A DNA stretch of 64,000 nt from Lama glama (taxonomy: Eukaryota). Positions 13,453-24,860 of the stretch are shown in pieces. The translations under genes and the position numbers were made by a program. The stretch's first letter is position 1. Every line of letters begins with the position of its first letter. The stretch is taken from NCBI GenBank assembly GCA_028534125.1, contig CM052817.1, positions 78,184,001-78,248,000 of the forward strand. Direction: 5' to 3'. The notes under the pieces are model-generated. The model saw nothing but the letters and a program-made list of their open reading frames with translations, searched no databases and was not told where the DNA came from.

Positions 13453-13905
13453 TCAGCAATATGAGAAAGTTACATGGCACCCTTTTGTAATATTTTTCTA
13501 AGAGTCAGGGAAGCTAAATAAGGACTTGATAATTTCCGTGGGTCCGTGGATCAGGTTTTGTGCAGGTTCTGAATCATATTGAATTGTCCCCTCTTAGCAG
13601 TCATCTAGAAGTTTGCCTGAGACACTGAAACTAAACCTGTATTTTCTGCTCAAAGAGAAGTAGAAAGCAGAGCCAGCTGATACCCAGGAATCTGCCTTAA
13701 ATTTGGTCCCACTACTGATGTCCTAAGAACAAAAACTACCTGGAAGCCTTGCCAACCGCCAAGAATTTCCTGGTTGCACAATAGAATCCATGTTACTATG
13801 CACACCTGTTCCAAATTTGACTCAGTGGAAAATACTCCCCCTTCCCCAGCTCACTCTTTTGAGGCTGTCTTCACCAAATTCACAATAACCAGCTTTCCCC
13901 ACCCC
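13453..13905 (-). pseudogene. ZPAX-like pseudogene exon with degenerate boundaries
   Basis: One frame reads AGYCEF...IFH*VKFGTGVHSN, compare 'TG.CD...FYI.VKFGS.G.N'; acceptor not canonical; 3' end abuts an MLT1 fragment. Confidence 0.45.
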
Positions 13906-13982
13906 AGAGAAGAAAATTTGCCCATTCAAAATTTTAGGTTTTACTTTAAAGATTTTCATTGTAAATTTCATTGCTTGTTTAC

Positions 13983-14210
13983 CTCAAATACTCTGCAGTG
14001 AAACAGCTATACGCTGGCAGTGAATTGAAGCAAATCTTTCATTTGAACACTTGACTTTTGTGGAAAACTTTAAAATATTCCTGGAGAGAGCTGCCAAGGG
14101 CATTCAAAAATTTTTACTACCTCTCGTCTAAAGAAAATGCCTTGCCTATTAAAAAGAACTATGTCAATGTTCAGCAACCTTAGGAAGGCAAGTTAATTTT
14201 TAAGACCAGT
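13983..14210 (-). pseudogene. ZPAX-like pseudogene exon (ZP-N repeat)
   Basis: ttttgtttttcaatag|...TTTGAG|gtaaac; 228 nt; TGLKN*LAFLRLLNIDIVLFNRQGIFFRREVVKIFEC..SFPQKS, compare 'TVPE.RVF..LLG.F..DV.L.NITF...VLTV.EC....SFPNG'. Confidence 0.65.
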
Positions 14211-15089
14211 CTATTGAAAAACAAAAGGAATTTTTGTCTTTTGTGGAGGCCTGATAAACAGAAGGAAAATATGCAGAGTTTACAAGTCAGACTGAAGACC
14301 GCTGAGTCCCCTAGGCTTTTCCTCCAGGTGGTAGCAATTGTATTTTAATAATGAAACTGATGGGGTGTTTATAGTATCAGAGGAGGAATCAGGAGTCACA
14401 GGATCTGCCTTAGCTTGGAATCATCTGTATAACCTCAGGCAAGTCACTCCAGGGAATGCCTCACAGCTTAATTATCATCAGAATCATGATTTGAGAATCC
14501 TCATCAGAGCGGAATTCTGAGGTGTTCTGCCTTTGCAACTCAAGTTTCAGATAGTTAGCCTCAGGCTCACAAAAGCACAGGTACTGCCAGGAGTAAATGC
14601 TTTGGAAAAAAGAGTCGTTTCAGAAGTGAGCCATCTTTTATGTGGAATTGCCCAAACTTTGTCTGTTAGCAAGATTGTGGTATTTGAAGTAACTTGGGAG
14701 ATTAAAAATCTCCCCTAGACATAGAAAAGTTCTGGCCAAAGGTCAAATCTCTGATGGTGTAACAAGGTCAGAATGTCAAAAGAGCTCTATAATATTATTA
14801 CCTGTGTCCTTTAGTTCAACATTTTCAGTGTCCTGGCAAAATATTTACAGGGCCATTTTCTCTGATCTGTTAAATATTATGTAGAAGGAAATTAATTTCT
14901 ACTCCTCGTTTAGACACTTTAAAGACAATGGCACCTCCAGTCTTCTCTTTTTCTGCATTCTGGTCATATATAGCACGAAACCTTCGAAAGTTGCTTTAAT
15001 CTCCTTGTTCCATGTAACACAAGCTGCTTACGTCTCAGAACCCTTTCATCAATGACAGGACTGAATAGGGCTCCTGATTTCTCTTTCTT

Positions 15090-16238
15090 GTGTCTCCTCC
15101 TTGTTGTATGGGTCACCCTGCCCTGGCTTCCTCAGAAGGACACTCTTCTGGCTTCTGTTCCTCAGTGTCCTTTGATGGCTCCACCTCTACTGATCTTGGA
15201 ACCCTGGGCTCTCCTTTCCCTTTATTATTGTGGTTTCAATGACCATATGTGTTCCGATGACACACATGTAGGGAACTTCAGCCCAGAACCACTTCTTTTA
15301 GACTCTGATGTTGAAGTCTGCTTACTTGTAGGCATACACTCCTTAAACTGGACCAAAACAGAACTGTTTGTCCTATTCCCTACTCCAGCCTGCTTGTTCC
15401 TCTTGGCTTCTCGGCCTCAGAAAATGACCTCACCATCCATCTCGTTGCTCCAGCCAATCTCCCTTTCCTATATCCTCCTCAGCAACAATCCCTGTTACTT
15501 CCAAGAACATCTCAATCCACGGGCTCTCTGCCCCTCCCTGCCACACATCTCCATCCGATCCTTCATCTCTGTGAGAGCAGTGACTCCTTTTTTTCTGGAC
15601 TCTGGCTTCTACTCTTGCTCTCACCACACAGAAGCCAGAGTGATCTCTTTAAAATGAAAATTAAATAAATTATTCCTTTGTTTAAAATATTTCCTTTTTT
15701 TTTTTCTTTGCACCTAAAATAAAACTCTTTCTTCTTACCATAGCTTATAAGGCACTGGTAACTGGCCTCTACATACCTCTGTAAACCCATCTGGTGCTAC
15801 CCTGCCTCTTGTTCTTTATTTTCCAGGGATGCTGGCCTTCTGGCCACTGATAGAACGTTCTAAGTCCTACCTGCTTCCAAACGTTAGTCCTTTCTGTGTC
15901 CAAAATAAGGACTCCCCAACCCCCGTCACTCCCATAATTGTCCTGACTTACTTATTCAGTTATCAGCTTCTCTTTGAGAAGTCAACTTCTCAGAGAGGCC
16001 CACTATAAATAGATTTGTCCCACTTTATATCTATCATAGATAGCACTTTTTATCTTATACAAGTATTTCTGCAACTTACAGTTATTGTCTTTATTTGTTT
16101 GCTAGCTAATTGTCTGTCTCCATCATCAGAACACAAGCTCTGTGAGAACAATGCCTATGTCCTCTTCAAACATTCCAACACTAGCATTATGTAACTACAG
16201 TAGATACTTAATAAATATTGATTGATTGATTGATTGAT
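15090..16238 (+). mobile_element. LINE-2 fragment with (GATT)n tail
   Basis: L2 3' text (ccacacagaagccagagtgatctctttaaaatg; tagatacttaataaatattg) followed by a short tandem tail. Confidence 0.8.
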
Positions 16239-17059
16239 TTTTTGAATGCATAATGAACACCGGTGAGTCCTGATTTTTGTTTTGGTACTCCTCTGTAAAA
16301 ATATTTTATGTAGTCTATGTCTTCTATTTTAGCAGTGCTCAGTATAACATAGCCTTATAACCAATATTTATTTTAAATATGCAACTTGTACGTGTAGTTT
16401 TACAATTATGCGTCTCAAATTTGATGAGCTTGTTTTGTTTAAATGGTCACAAGCTTTTCCTATTAAGAATACATTCCTATCAATAACACTTTTGACCCCC
16501 TATCAATGAACTATACTTTGTTTTCTATATTTTCTTTCACCAGAAAACAAGATTGTGGGATAGCCTTATAGTCAGCTGCATGATTCGACTGAGTTTCGGA
16601 GCAACTTTCATTTGAGTACAATTTGGAGATTCGAGAGATCTTCAATTTCAAAATCTAGTATTCTGGTTTTCCATTATTCTTAAGTCCTCTATTTGCTCCC
16701 CTAACACATAGAAAATAACTATTGATAAAATATTGACGGTTCCCTCATTTATTTACAGACATGTAGCCTTGTAATAGTTAATATCTTCATACATGTATGT
16801 GAGCAATGGATTATAATTGTTTATTCATACCACAAGTTTTAAGTGCCTAATATGTGTAGACATTCTGTGAGCCAGTGGGTATATAGAGATAAATACTAAA
16901 TAGTCCTTATCGTCAAAGATGTTGCATTCCAGGAACCATGATTCAATGTGATAAATAACACATTAGAGATGTATATATAAGTTGCTCCAGAAGAATAGAG
17001 ATAAAGGGCAGGGGTAGAGGGGAGTGAACGTTGAATTCCTGTTGCATTCTAGGCATTGG

Positions 17060-17240
17060 ACAATCATTTTACATACAAAACCTCATTTAATTTTTACAAC
17101 CATCTTGGGACTCAGAAATTGAGCTCATGGAAATCTTGGAACTTGGCCCATATTGCATAGCTAGAAAATGGTGTGGTGAGAGTTCCAAGCCAAATTTGTC
17201 AAACTTCAGACCCCATATTCTCTCTACTACTGCCTGTTGC
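17060..17240 (-). mobile_element. MIR SINE
   Basis: cctcatttaatttttacaaccatc..cttggcccatattgcatagctag. Confidence 0.6.
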
Positions 17241-17842
17241 CTAATTCTTCTTAAGATATGAGGAGGTAGGAAGAGCCAAGAAAAGGCTGAGAGATGGTAT
17301 GACATTTAGAATAAGGAAATATGTGTAAGATTCACAGGTCATTTCATTATGATTGTCTTTTTGGAGCAGGAGGGAGCTACCAGCAGGTAGAAAGCGTCAG
17401 GACCAAGGTGAACCCACTGAAGGGATGGCAAGCATTTTGGAGCGCTTGGAGCTTAAGGAGAAAATAGAGATGGGCAAGATCTGATGTAGAGGTCGACAGG
17501 AAACACGTCACAAATGGTCTTCAGTGCCAAGCCAGGGAGTCTTGATTTCATAATAAAACACAGAGAAGTGGGGGACAGCTTGACCAGTGTTGCATTTCTG
17601 CAGGGATCCTTCTGGTGGCAGCGTGGAGAAGACAAAGGGATCCATCCAGGCTTGTAGTGTTTCAGGCAAGAAGAGACGGTAACTGAGTCAGATAGTGATA
17701 ATCAGGATGAACAGCAAGTGATAGATGATACAGATTTTAAGGACATAAAGGCCACAGGATTTGGATTTGGCCATTTAAGGCAAGGTGGGTTTAAAATTTA
17801 TAGAGTGTCAATTTCTCTCACTTCTGTGTTTTTTCTTTTTAG

Positions 17843-18012
17843 TTTCTTGGTAAATTTTGGTCTCTGCTTGCCGAACAGCAACCTGAAGGGAAGAATTACA
17901 AGACGGAAATTGTCAAAAGTTTTCAAGCTTATGTGTTATTTCAGTCTAAAAGAAGGATTGTAAATCATTGCAGCCAGAATATGAGCAAATTCCATTTTTT
18001 CTCTATCTTTAA
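17843..18012 (+). pseudogene. RasGEF pseudogene exon, CDC25 domain
   Basis: Strong pyrimidine tract ttttctttttag|, phase 0, continuing the previous exon: FLGKFWSLLAEQQPEGKNYKTEIVKSFQAYVLFQSKRRIVNHCSQNMSKF, compare 'RAE.L.KFI..A..C....NF'. Confidence 0.65.
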
Positions 18013-18467
18013 GTAAAAATGAACCAGAATATGTGTCACTATATCCTTAGAAAGAAGCAACTGTGTCCTGCTATGACCAACTTCTATATGTAGGTTCCAT
18101 GAGGCATAGAGTATAAAAGTATGTCACACATGCACAAAAACATGCGTAAGATCTGCTTCTCATGGAAGAAACACTATAATATTCCAACTCATTTCTTGTT
18201 TTATCCCTCCTTTAAAACATAATTTCATCACTTTCATCTGGAATATTTTGTGAGGCAGCTTCCTAGCCTGTACAGAAGGTCAGATTAGTTTTCCTGAATC
18301 CATGAGCTGCTCAGAGAGCATTCTCAGCTTAAAGGAAACAAATCAAATTCTAAATGGAATTGCAGTTGATAGAAAAGACCAGAAAGTCCTGCAGCCTATG
18401 CTGGTTAGTGATGGATACTGAGATGAGCAGCCAAACTGTGAGTAGATGCTAAGCTATTTCTAAATAC

Positions 18468-18984
18468 CTTATTTGGATTTATGCTTTACTTTCCATTTAT
18501 CAAGTGTTGTGATGCCGTGAAAACCACTTAAGTTTCCCAAAGCATTTTGGAAATGTAATCCTCCAAGTAGCAATGTTCAAACTTGATATGACCATTATTA
18601 GCCTGAGGACGTAGCCATCAGCCACAATAGCATCACTGATACTTGCTTGGTGGGCACTACTGTACTGATTCTGTAGACTCAGCATTTTACTCCCATTACG
18701 ATATTTGGAGAAAATTTCCACGCTTCATCCCTTTATAAAGTTACCGCTAATCAAAGGAAATGCAGTCTTCCAAATTATCTTCTCCAGTTACATACCACAC
18801 AGCGTTTTGACTTCGTGGTACAGAAACCATCTCATGCAATTCACTAATGCCGAGAGAGGTCACGGATGTTTTCTGTTTCTGACATCACAAGTCTACCTCT
18901 GAGCCACTGTAGAAACACAGTTTCACTCTCCTTGGAAAAATCTGGTCAAAATATCTATTACTTTTCTTCTTCAGTTTTCCCTAT
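18468..18984 (-). pseudogene. ZPAX-like pseudogene, large exon (ZP-N repeat)
   Basis: ttctcttttag|...AATAAG|gtattt; frames switch, giving IIWKTAFPLISGNF, RNGSK, IVADGYV, MLWET and GITTL, compare ZPAX 'I.W..P...PL..G.F', 'ING', 'G.PDGYY', 'LW', 'PITTP'. Confidence 0.55.
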
Positions 18985-19393
18985 CTAAAAGAGAATGCAG
19001 CTACTTCAAAATGAATGCTAAGATATCTCACGAGTAAAATAATGGGCAATGATGTAACATATGACATTGTCTTTCTTCATTTATTCTGATATGTATCTTC
19101 TAAAAGACACAATTTAAGTAAGTCTAATTTTTTTTATCATTTTGCATATTTATAATGTCAATGAACAGACCTGTCAATTTCTTCTCTAGCAAAATGACAT
19201 CATCTCACCCTTGAACACATGTGTGAGCTTATGCTGAAAAGTGAACTCAAAGAAATATTGGGGTATTAAACATATATTGTACTTCCCATGCTTATAAAAA
19301 TCACATCCACTTCTGGAGACCACTTGGTTTTATTTTTCCTCCCATTTGATATTATCTCACATCTGTGGAAATATGAGTGAAAGATTAACTCAC

Positions 19394-19755
19394 TTGGCAA
19401 TAGAAAATTGTGGACCCCTTATGGAATGAAGTGTTTGATATGAAAACGGAACAATTGGTCTTAGGGGTAATTCCAAGTAGAATAGGGGTCCCCAGGAGGA
19501 TATGTGCTGAAGTAACCATTTTAAAGATACTGCACACATTTCTCTTTGTGAAACTTGCTTGGCACTTCATAATGAAAACATCATCTATAATTCTCCATAA
19601 GAATGTTTGAAATTCTATATTTAAAACAAATACTGTATCCTTACCTTTAGTGTCTCTCCAAGCTCTAGACTATAGTCATGCTTCCTTGTGAATCTCTGAG
19701 GGAAAAGAATATCCATGTAACTCCTCAAAGTTTCTCACTTCAGATACATACAAAA
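19394..19755 (-). pseudogene. ZPAX-like pseudogene, two exons (19755-19645 and 19584-19394)
   Basis: cccctag|..ELHGYSFPSE..RDTK|gtaagg and ttatag|DDVFIMKC...|gtgagt; compare 'CGYS...D..G...KDD.F'. The intron between them is only 60 nt. Confidence 0.45.
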
Positions 19756-20104
19756 CTAGGGGGGAAAACAGCCTTCCAGGTATAGCCACACTCACTGTCC
19801 TTCCCCTGTGCTCAGAATTTGCAGAGAAATGTCCCTAAATACTAGATGAACAAGTTCTGGGCACAAGATTTGATTCTGGTTCTCTGGGAAGGTGGAATGT
19901 ATCCTACAGACTACTTTTAACCAATATCTTCCCCTGATCTACCATCTTCCCCAATCTGCCATCTGTTCTTATCTTTATAATCAGAAATGTTCTAAGATTT
20001 CAGTGTGATTCATAGGTTTTGCTCAGTAAGAGTTACATTTAACCTAAGCTTCTATGAGACACGAATTCTAAAACTGCATGAACATTTCCTTCTGTGCTTA
20101 TTAC

Positions 20105-20383
20105 CTTTGTTAGAGTAGCACCAATTTCTGACAAAAAATATATATATATGGCAAACGATTGTAAGGAAACTTGCAGGAAACATCTTCTATGTTACAACGT
20201 CCTCTACGTTTACATGATTTTTTATTTCTTTTTTCACCAAAATCCCAGGAGATATTTGCAAGTAGAATCACGTTTGAATTGGCTTGAATGAAATTAAATT
20301 TTGTTGTATCCGAACCTCGACAAATGCAAAGCCACTGCGACACAAAAGTAGTTGGCCAGGAAGGGAAAGACGGACAACTACGT
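20105..20383 (-). pseudogene. ZPAX-like pseudogene exon (N-terminal ZP-N repeat)
   Basis: tattttcag|...AAAG|gtaata; 279 nt, phase 1-1; DVVVRLSLPGQLL...IYIFFVRNWCYSNK, compare ZPAX 'MRLSL' and 'IY.S..GCY..NK'. Confidence 0.55.
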
Positions 20384-21710
20384 CTGAAAATATCCTCAGT
20401 ACTTGTGTTGAATTGACAAAGTACTACACTACTGTGTGAATGATGGCTGTTAAGACTGAGGAAAAGCTTTGGAAGAAGCCTTAGAGTCACACTGTCACAC
20501 TGTGGGACACAGGGATAAGAAAGGCCAAAAGTAACGAGCCTTTTTTCTGACCTCCCTTTCCCACCAATGAATACTACAAGCCTTTCCTCCCGGCTTATTC
20601 CTCTGCTATTAGAATGTGGCTACTTGATTTTTTTAAAAAATTAAATTTAAGCAGATACTCAGTTTTGTACTACAGTATCAAGCAAGGTATCCTGCTTAAA
20701 AACATGTTTTGCCAACCAAAAATACTGCCTGAGTTTATCACTTTTTAACCTACTATGCTTGAACACAGTATTAGTCTTAAAGGCACCAGCATTTGAATCT
20801 GCAGACATGTGGTTTTTACAGCCAGGCTCTATGGAGCAGAATTTAAGCCCATTCATTTGTTCACTGAAGTTGATTGCAAACACATTTCAAAGGAGAATCT
20901 TGGAGTTGTCTTGAGGCATTTACTTAGCCTTTTTATGCACTTTCAAAAAAATCAACACAAATATCTGCGAGGCCTGTGGGTGTGTGATTAGCTGACAGTA
21001 AGAAAATAGGTCCACTCCAGGCACTTGACGTTGAATACAGCCTAGTACAAAGTGCTGCTCGATGTTTGTCAAAAGCCCTGGGCTGGAATACTCAGAAGAG
21101 TTCTTTCAAGGACTCGCTTTCAGATACTGTAAATTGTCTGTCTGCGTCTTACACAAAGTCTCAGTTGTATTTGACGTAGCAGAACACTCATTCCCCATTG
21201 AAATATCCTCTTGTCTATGACATCATGGGCTCTTGGATTTTCTCCTGCTTCAGAGAACATTTTGCCTTAGATTTTTTGCTAGTTCTTTTTCTTCTTCCCA
21301 ACCTCTAAATGCTAGTTTTCCTCAAGGTTTACTCTTGAGCACTGTTTTCATTTCCCCTCTTGCTACTTCTCTCTCTGTCTCTCTCCTTCTGCCTCTATTT
21401 GCTGTCTGTCTCTCTTCATGTATATATGTTCCTTTCATAGGTTACCACATCCAGTCCTATGGTTTTAAATACCACTTTTATTCTCATAAATTCTAAATTT
21501 ATTAATTTAGATTAATAATGTATCCATGTATAATATATAAATGTATAATAATCTGGTTAATCCTAAATTAACTAATGTATTAGTTTAGAAGATTTTCCCT
21601 TCAGCATTTCTGACTGCTAGCATCTTCTCGTGCTACTAAACCTTCAAATCTCAGCTTATATTGCAACATCTTCATTGTTAACAGGCCACACCGATCACAG
21701 TCACTGAATA

Positions 21711-21945
21711 CAACTGATCTGTGGACAACACGGATTTGAACTGCATGGGTCCACTTATACTCAGATTTTTTCCAACAGTAGTTACTGCAATACTGCAGGA
21801 TCAACCATTGGTTGAATCTGAATTCAGAACCATGAATATGGAGGAACAACATATATGGAGTGCAGACTATAAATTATATATGGATTTTGGACTATGTAGA
21901 GGATAAGCATCCCTTAATCCCTCTGCATTGTTCAAGGGTCAGCTG
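21711..21945. mobile_element. Tigger2-derived non-autonomous DNA transposon
   Basis: TA-flanked TIRs caactgatctgtggacaacacggatttgaactgcatgggtccacttata ... gttcaagggtcagctg. Confidence 0.8.
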
Positions 21946-22449
21946 TATGGCCTCTCTTTGGTTTACTCACCTTGTTTTCCCAACTCCATCACTAGCCTAT
22001 AAGCTTTCCAAAGCAGTGCCATTTCTGTCTTCATTACTGGATCCTTAGCTCCTGTCTCAGGCTTGACACTTAAGTAGATCTTCTGGGAATATTTGATTAA
22101 GGAATGATAGCTATCTAACCCGGGCTCAGGAGTGTCCAACTGAGACATCAAAGGAGCTAATCTGCTTGGAGGAAAGTGAAGAATATCTAGTTGGTATGGG
22201 CATGACGCAGTAAAGAGAAGGTGATTCCATTATAGGCAGATGTGGCATGTGCAAACATTTGTAGCTGGGGTGTTTAGAGGGATGAAGGTACAGAAGTGTT
22301 GTGGTGGGTGGCAGGTGTGTCATTTTCAACTAGATAGTGGAATATTTCAGTGTTTCAGATTTATGTTTGGTTTAAAACATTTTAAAGGACATGCATCTGA
22401 TTTTTTATTATTTATTATAATTATATGTTTGCCTAATTTTAATTTCCAG

Positions 22450-22517
22450 TTGACAATCAGCAGCATCTTAGCCACTTCAGTTTTTAGGTTTTTCTCCTGT
22501 GAACTATTCCACGACCT
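22450..22517 (+). pseudogene. RasGEF pseudogene exon (SCR2-like)
   Basis: tttccag|LTISSILATSVFRFFSCELFHD|gtaaac, compare 'MAI.SAL.S.PIFRL..TW'. Confidence 0.5.
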
Positions 22518-22940
22518 GTAAACTACACCCTTAGGAACCTGCTGCTTTAAGGAATCTTGTGATCACATTGTAAAAGGAGAAAATCTTTATGAATGTGACA
22601 TTTCTTATCCTTCAGATTATTATTTGAGACAAGATGTTCAGATACTCGTTTAGTTTGACTATTCTTTAATAAAGTGGAAGGCTGCTCAGTGGGAAAATGG
22701 TCCACATCTGTAGAGATATGTTTTTAGATATGTTTTTCACCCTCTATCCCTGTGGTGGTTGCTGGTCTTGCTGTGACAGATCCCGGGTGCCGGGGGACAG
22801 GAAGAAGGGTGAGAGGGAGAAATGAGGTACAGAGTGCTGAAAGCCACAGTAAGGATGAAGCCTTTGTATTTTTGTAACAACAGTAGCTATTAAATAATTG
22901 AAAGGTATTCAAAATATATTTTTAAAATAATTATTAGCTA

Positions 22941-23357
22941 CTATATTAGGGGTGCTGCAACAAAGTACCATGGACTGAATGGCTTTAACAACAGAAATTT
23001 ATTTTCCTCACAGTTCTGGAGACTAGAAGTGAAAACCAAGGTGTTGGCTGAGTTAGTTCCTTCTGGGGCTGGTGGCGGGGGGGGGGGGAGCATCTGTTCC
23101 AGGTCTCTCTCTTTGCCTTGTAGGTGGCTGTCTTTTCCCTGTATCTCTTCATATCATCTTCCCTCTATACCATTTCCATGTCCAGTTCCCTTTTTATAAA
23201 GACACTGGTCTTACTAGATTAGGGTCCACCCTCATGACCTCATTTTAACTTAATTACTTCCATAAAGTTCCCGTCTCCAAATAAGGTCACACTCTGAGGC
23301 ACTGGAGGTTAAGAATTCAACATATGAACTTGAGGGGACACAATTTAGCCCACAGCA
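22941..23357 (-). mobile_element. MLT1 (MaLR) solo LTR
   Basis: acaacagaaatttattttcctcacagttctggagactagaag ... ggggacacaatttagcccacagca. Confidence 0.85.
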
Positions 23358-23869
23358 GGTACCATGTAGAGAGTGGATTATAGCAGAGATTTGGGTTGGA
23401 GACAAGAACAGTTACAAAAGCAGTGAGCAAAACAGGTGAGAAATGCTGTAAGTGGATCTTGGTTCTTGGACATAGCAGTATGAAAATATAAGTGGATTTG
23501 AGAGATGTTAAGGAATGCAAAATTGCAAATATTGGTCATCATTTGGGTGAATGGGTCAGGGAGAGAGTGGAGACGAGAATGTATCTATAGGCTTCCACCA
23601 GAGATCACTTTGAATGCTGGTTCTAATACTGTATGAAGAATACAAGAAGAGTTTGACAATGATGACTTCTCTTTTGCATGTGACGATTTTAGGTGAAGTG
23701 AGATATATCCAAGTGAAGATAACCAGGAAAATTGGGTCAGAATCTGAGCTGGAAACCACAGAGTTACATACTCAGCATGTTTATTTCCCATCTTTCTTCC
23801 CTAAAATAAGCATGTTGGCAATATTTGGGTTGTTGAGTGTTTCTGCTGCATCTCGCAAGCTGTGATATC

Positions 23870-24860
23870 CACCGAATCCTTACTGAACATCTGCTATGTG
23901 CCAGGCACTGTCTGGCCCATTAGAGATTTCTCAGTGCATAAACCAGAAAAAATCCCTGCCTTTGTTCCAGTGGAGGGAGACATAATTTTTTTTAAATGTG
24001 TGATAAATATGTCAAATATGTAATATTTTAGCAGGTGATAAATGACTTTTCCAAAGATAATTAACTCAGGTTCATGGAATAAAGAGTGCCACAAGGCCTG
24101 GGAATAAGCTTGCAGTATAAAATAAGTTTGTAATGGGGTCTCAGTAAGAAGGAGAAATTTTAAGGAAGGCTTGAAAACAGTGAGGCCATTCACCAAAGGT
24201 GTTTCTGAAAGAAGAGAGTTCTAGGCAAAGGGAAGACCTGGAGCATCAGTCCTAAAAGCAGTGCGTGCTGAGTGCATCCTAGGGACTAGAAAGGTGGCTG
24301 GAGAGTAGAAGGATTGGTGATTGGAGAGGTAATGGAGAGGTAGACTATGAGAGCCTTATAGACCATTGTAAGGCTTTTCTTCTGAATGAAGTGGGGGAGG
24401 CACTGCAGGGTTTTGACAAGTGGTGACAGGATCCAGCTTGCCTCAGAAGAGATCATGTTGGCTGCCGTGTTGAAAATAGACCACAGTGGGACAAGGGTAG
24501 ATCTGTTAGAAGGTAATGTGATAGAAGATGGTGGCTTACATTAGGGCAATTGCAGTGTAGGTGATGAGAACCAGTCTTATCTGGGATATATTTTTTACAA
24601 AGTAGAGTCCTTAGGATTTCTTCCCACATTGGATGTGGGGTTAAGAGAAAGGGGAGACAAGAATGATTCTAAGTCTTTTGGCCTAAGAACCTGAAGACAG
24701 GGAAACCTACGAGTGGAGTTAGTCTGGAGGGGAAATTAGGTGTTCACTTTGAGCCAGGCTGTGTATGAGATGTCTATTTATCATTCAAGTAATTACGCTG
24801 AGGGGGCAGTTGAATAAAAGAATGCATGGTATTCTGAATAGAGATCTGTTGTGGTGATTT
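23870..24860 (-). mobile_element. LINE-2 fragment
   Basis: tactgaacatctgctatgtgccaggcactg ... gagatgtctatttatcattcaagt. Confidence 0.8.

Larger units (their letters stand above)
7561..20863 (-). pseudogene. Unprocessed pseudogene of a long zona pellucida glycoprotein (several ZP-N repeats plus a ZP module), ZPAX/ZPY-like
   Basis: Minus-strand exons in transcript order: ~20863-20663, 20383-20105, 19755-19645, 19584-19394, 18984-18468, 14210-13983, ~13905-13453, 12099-11828, 9916-9709, 9288-9022, 7712-7561. Most have canonical AG/GT ends. Translations follow the ZPAX domain order and carry several stops and frameshifts. Confidence 0.7.

Noticed and set aside
15052..15657. 201-aa ORF
   Set aside because: Lies within an L2 fragment; low-complexity Leu/Pro/Ser translation with no recognisable domain
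17718..17963. ORF end KLMCYFSLKEGL reminiscent of the RAD51AP2 C-terminus
   Set aside because: Lacks the conserved GLSR motif; the other frame fits the RasGEF model in phase
19394..19584. Resemblance to a cytokine-receptor Ig domain (CSF3R or IL12RB2-like)
   Set aside because: Short superficial match with no FN3 or WSXWS exons nearby; neighbouring exons fit a ZP protein
20110..20490. FPSWPT motif reminiscent of VWDE
   Set aside because: Isolated six-residue match in a different frame from the ZP-like reading; no VWD or EGF exons found
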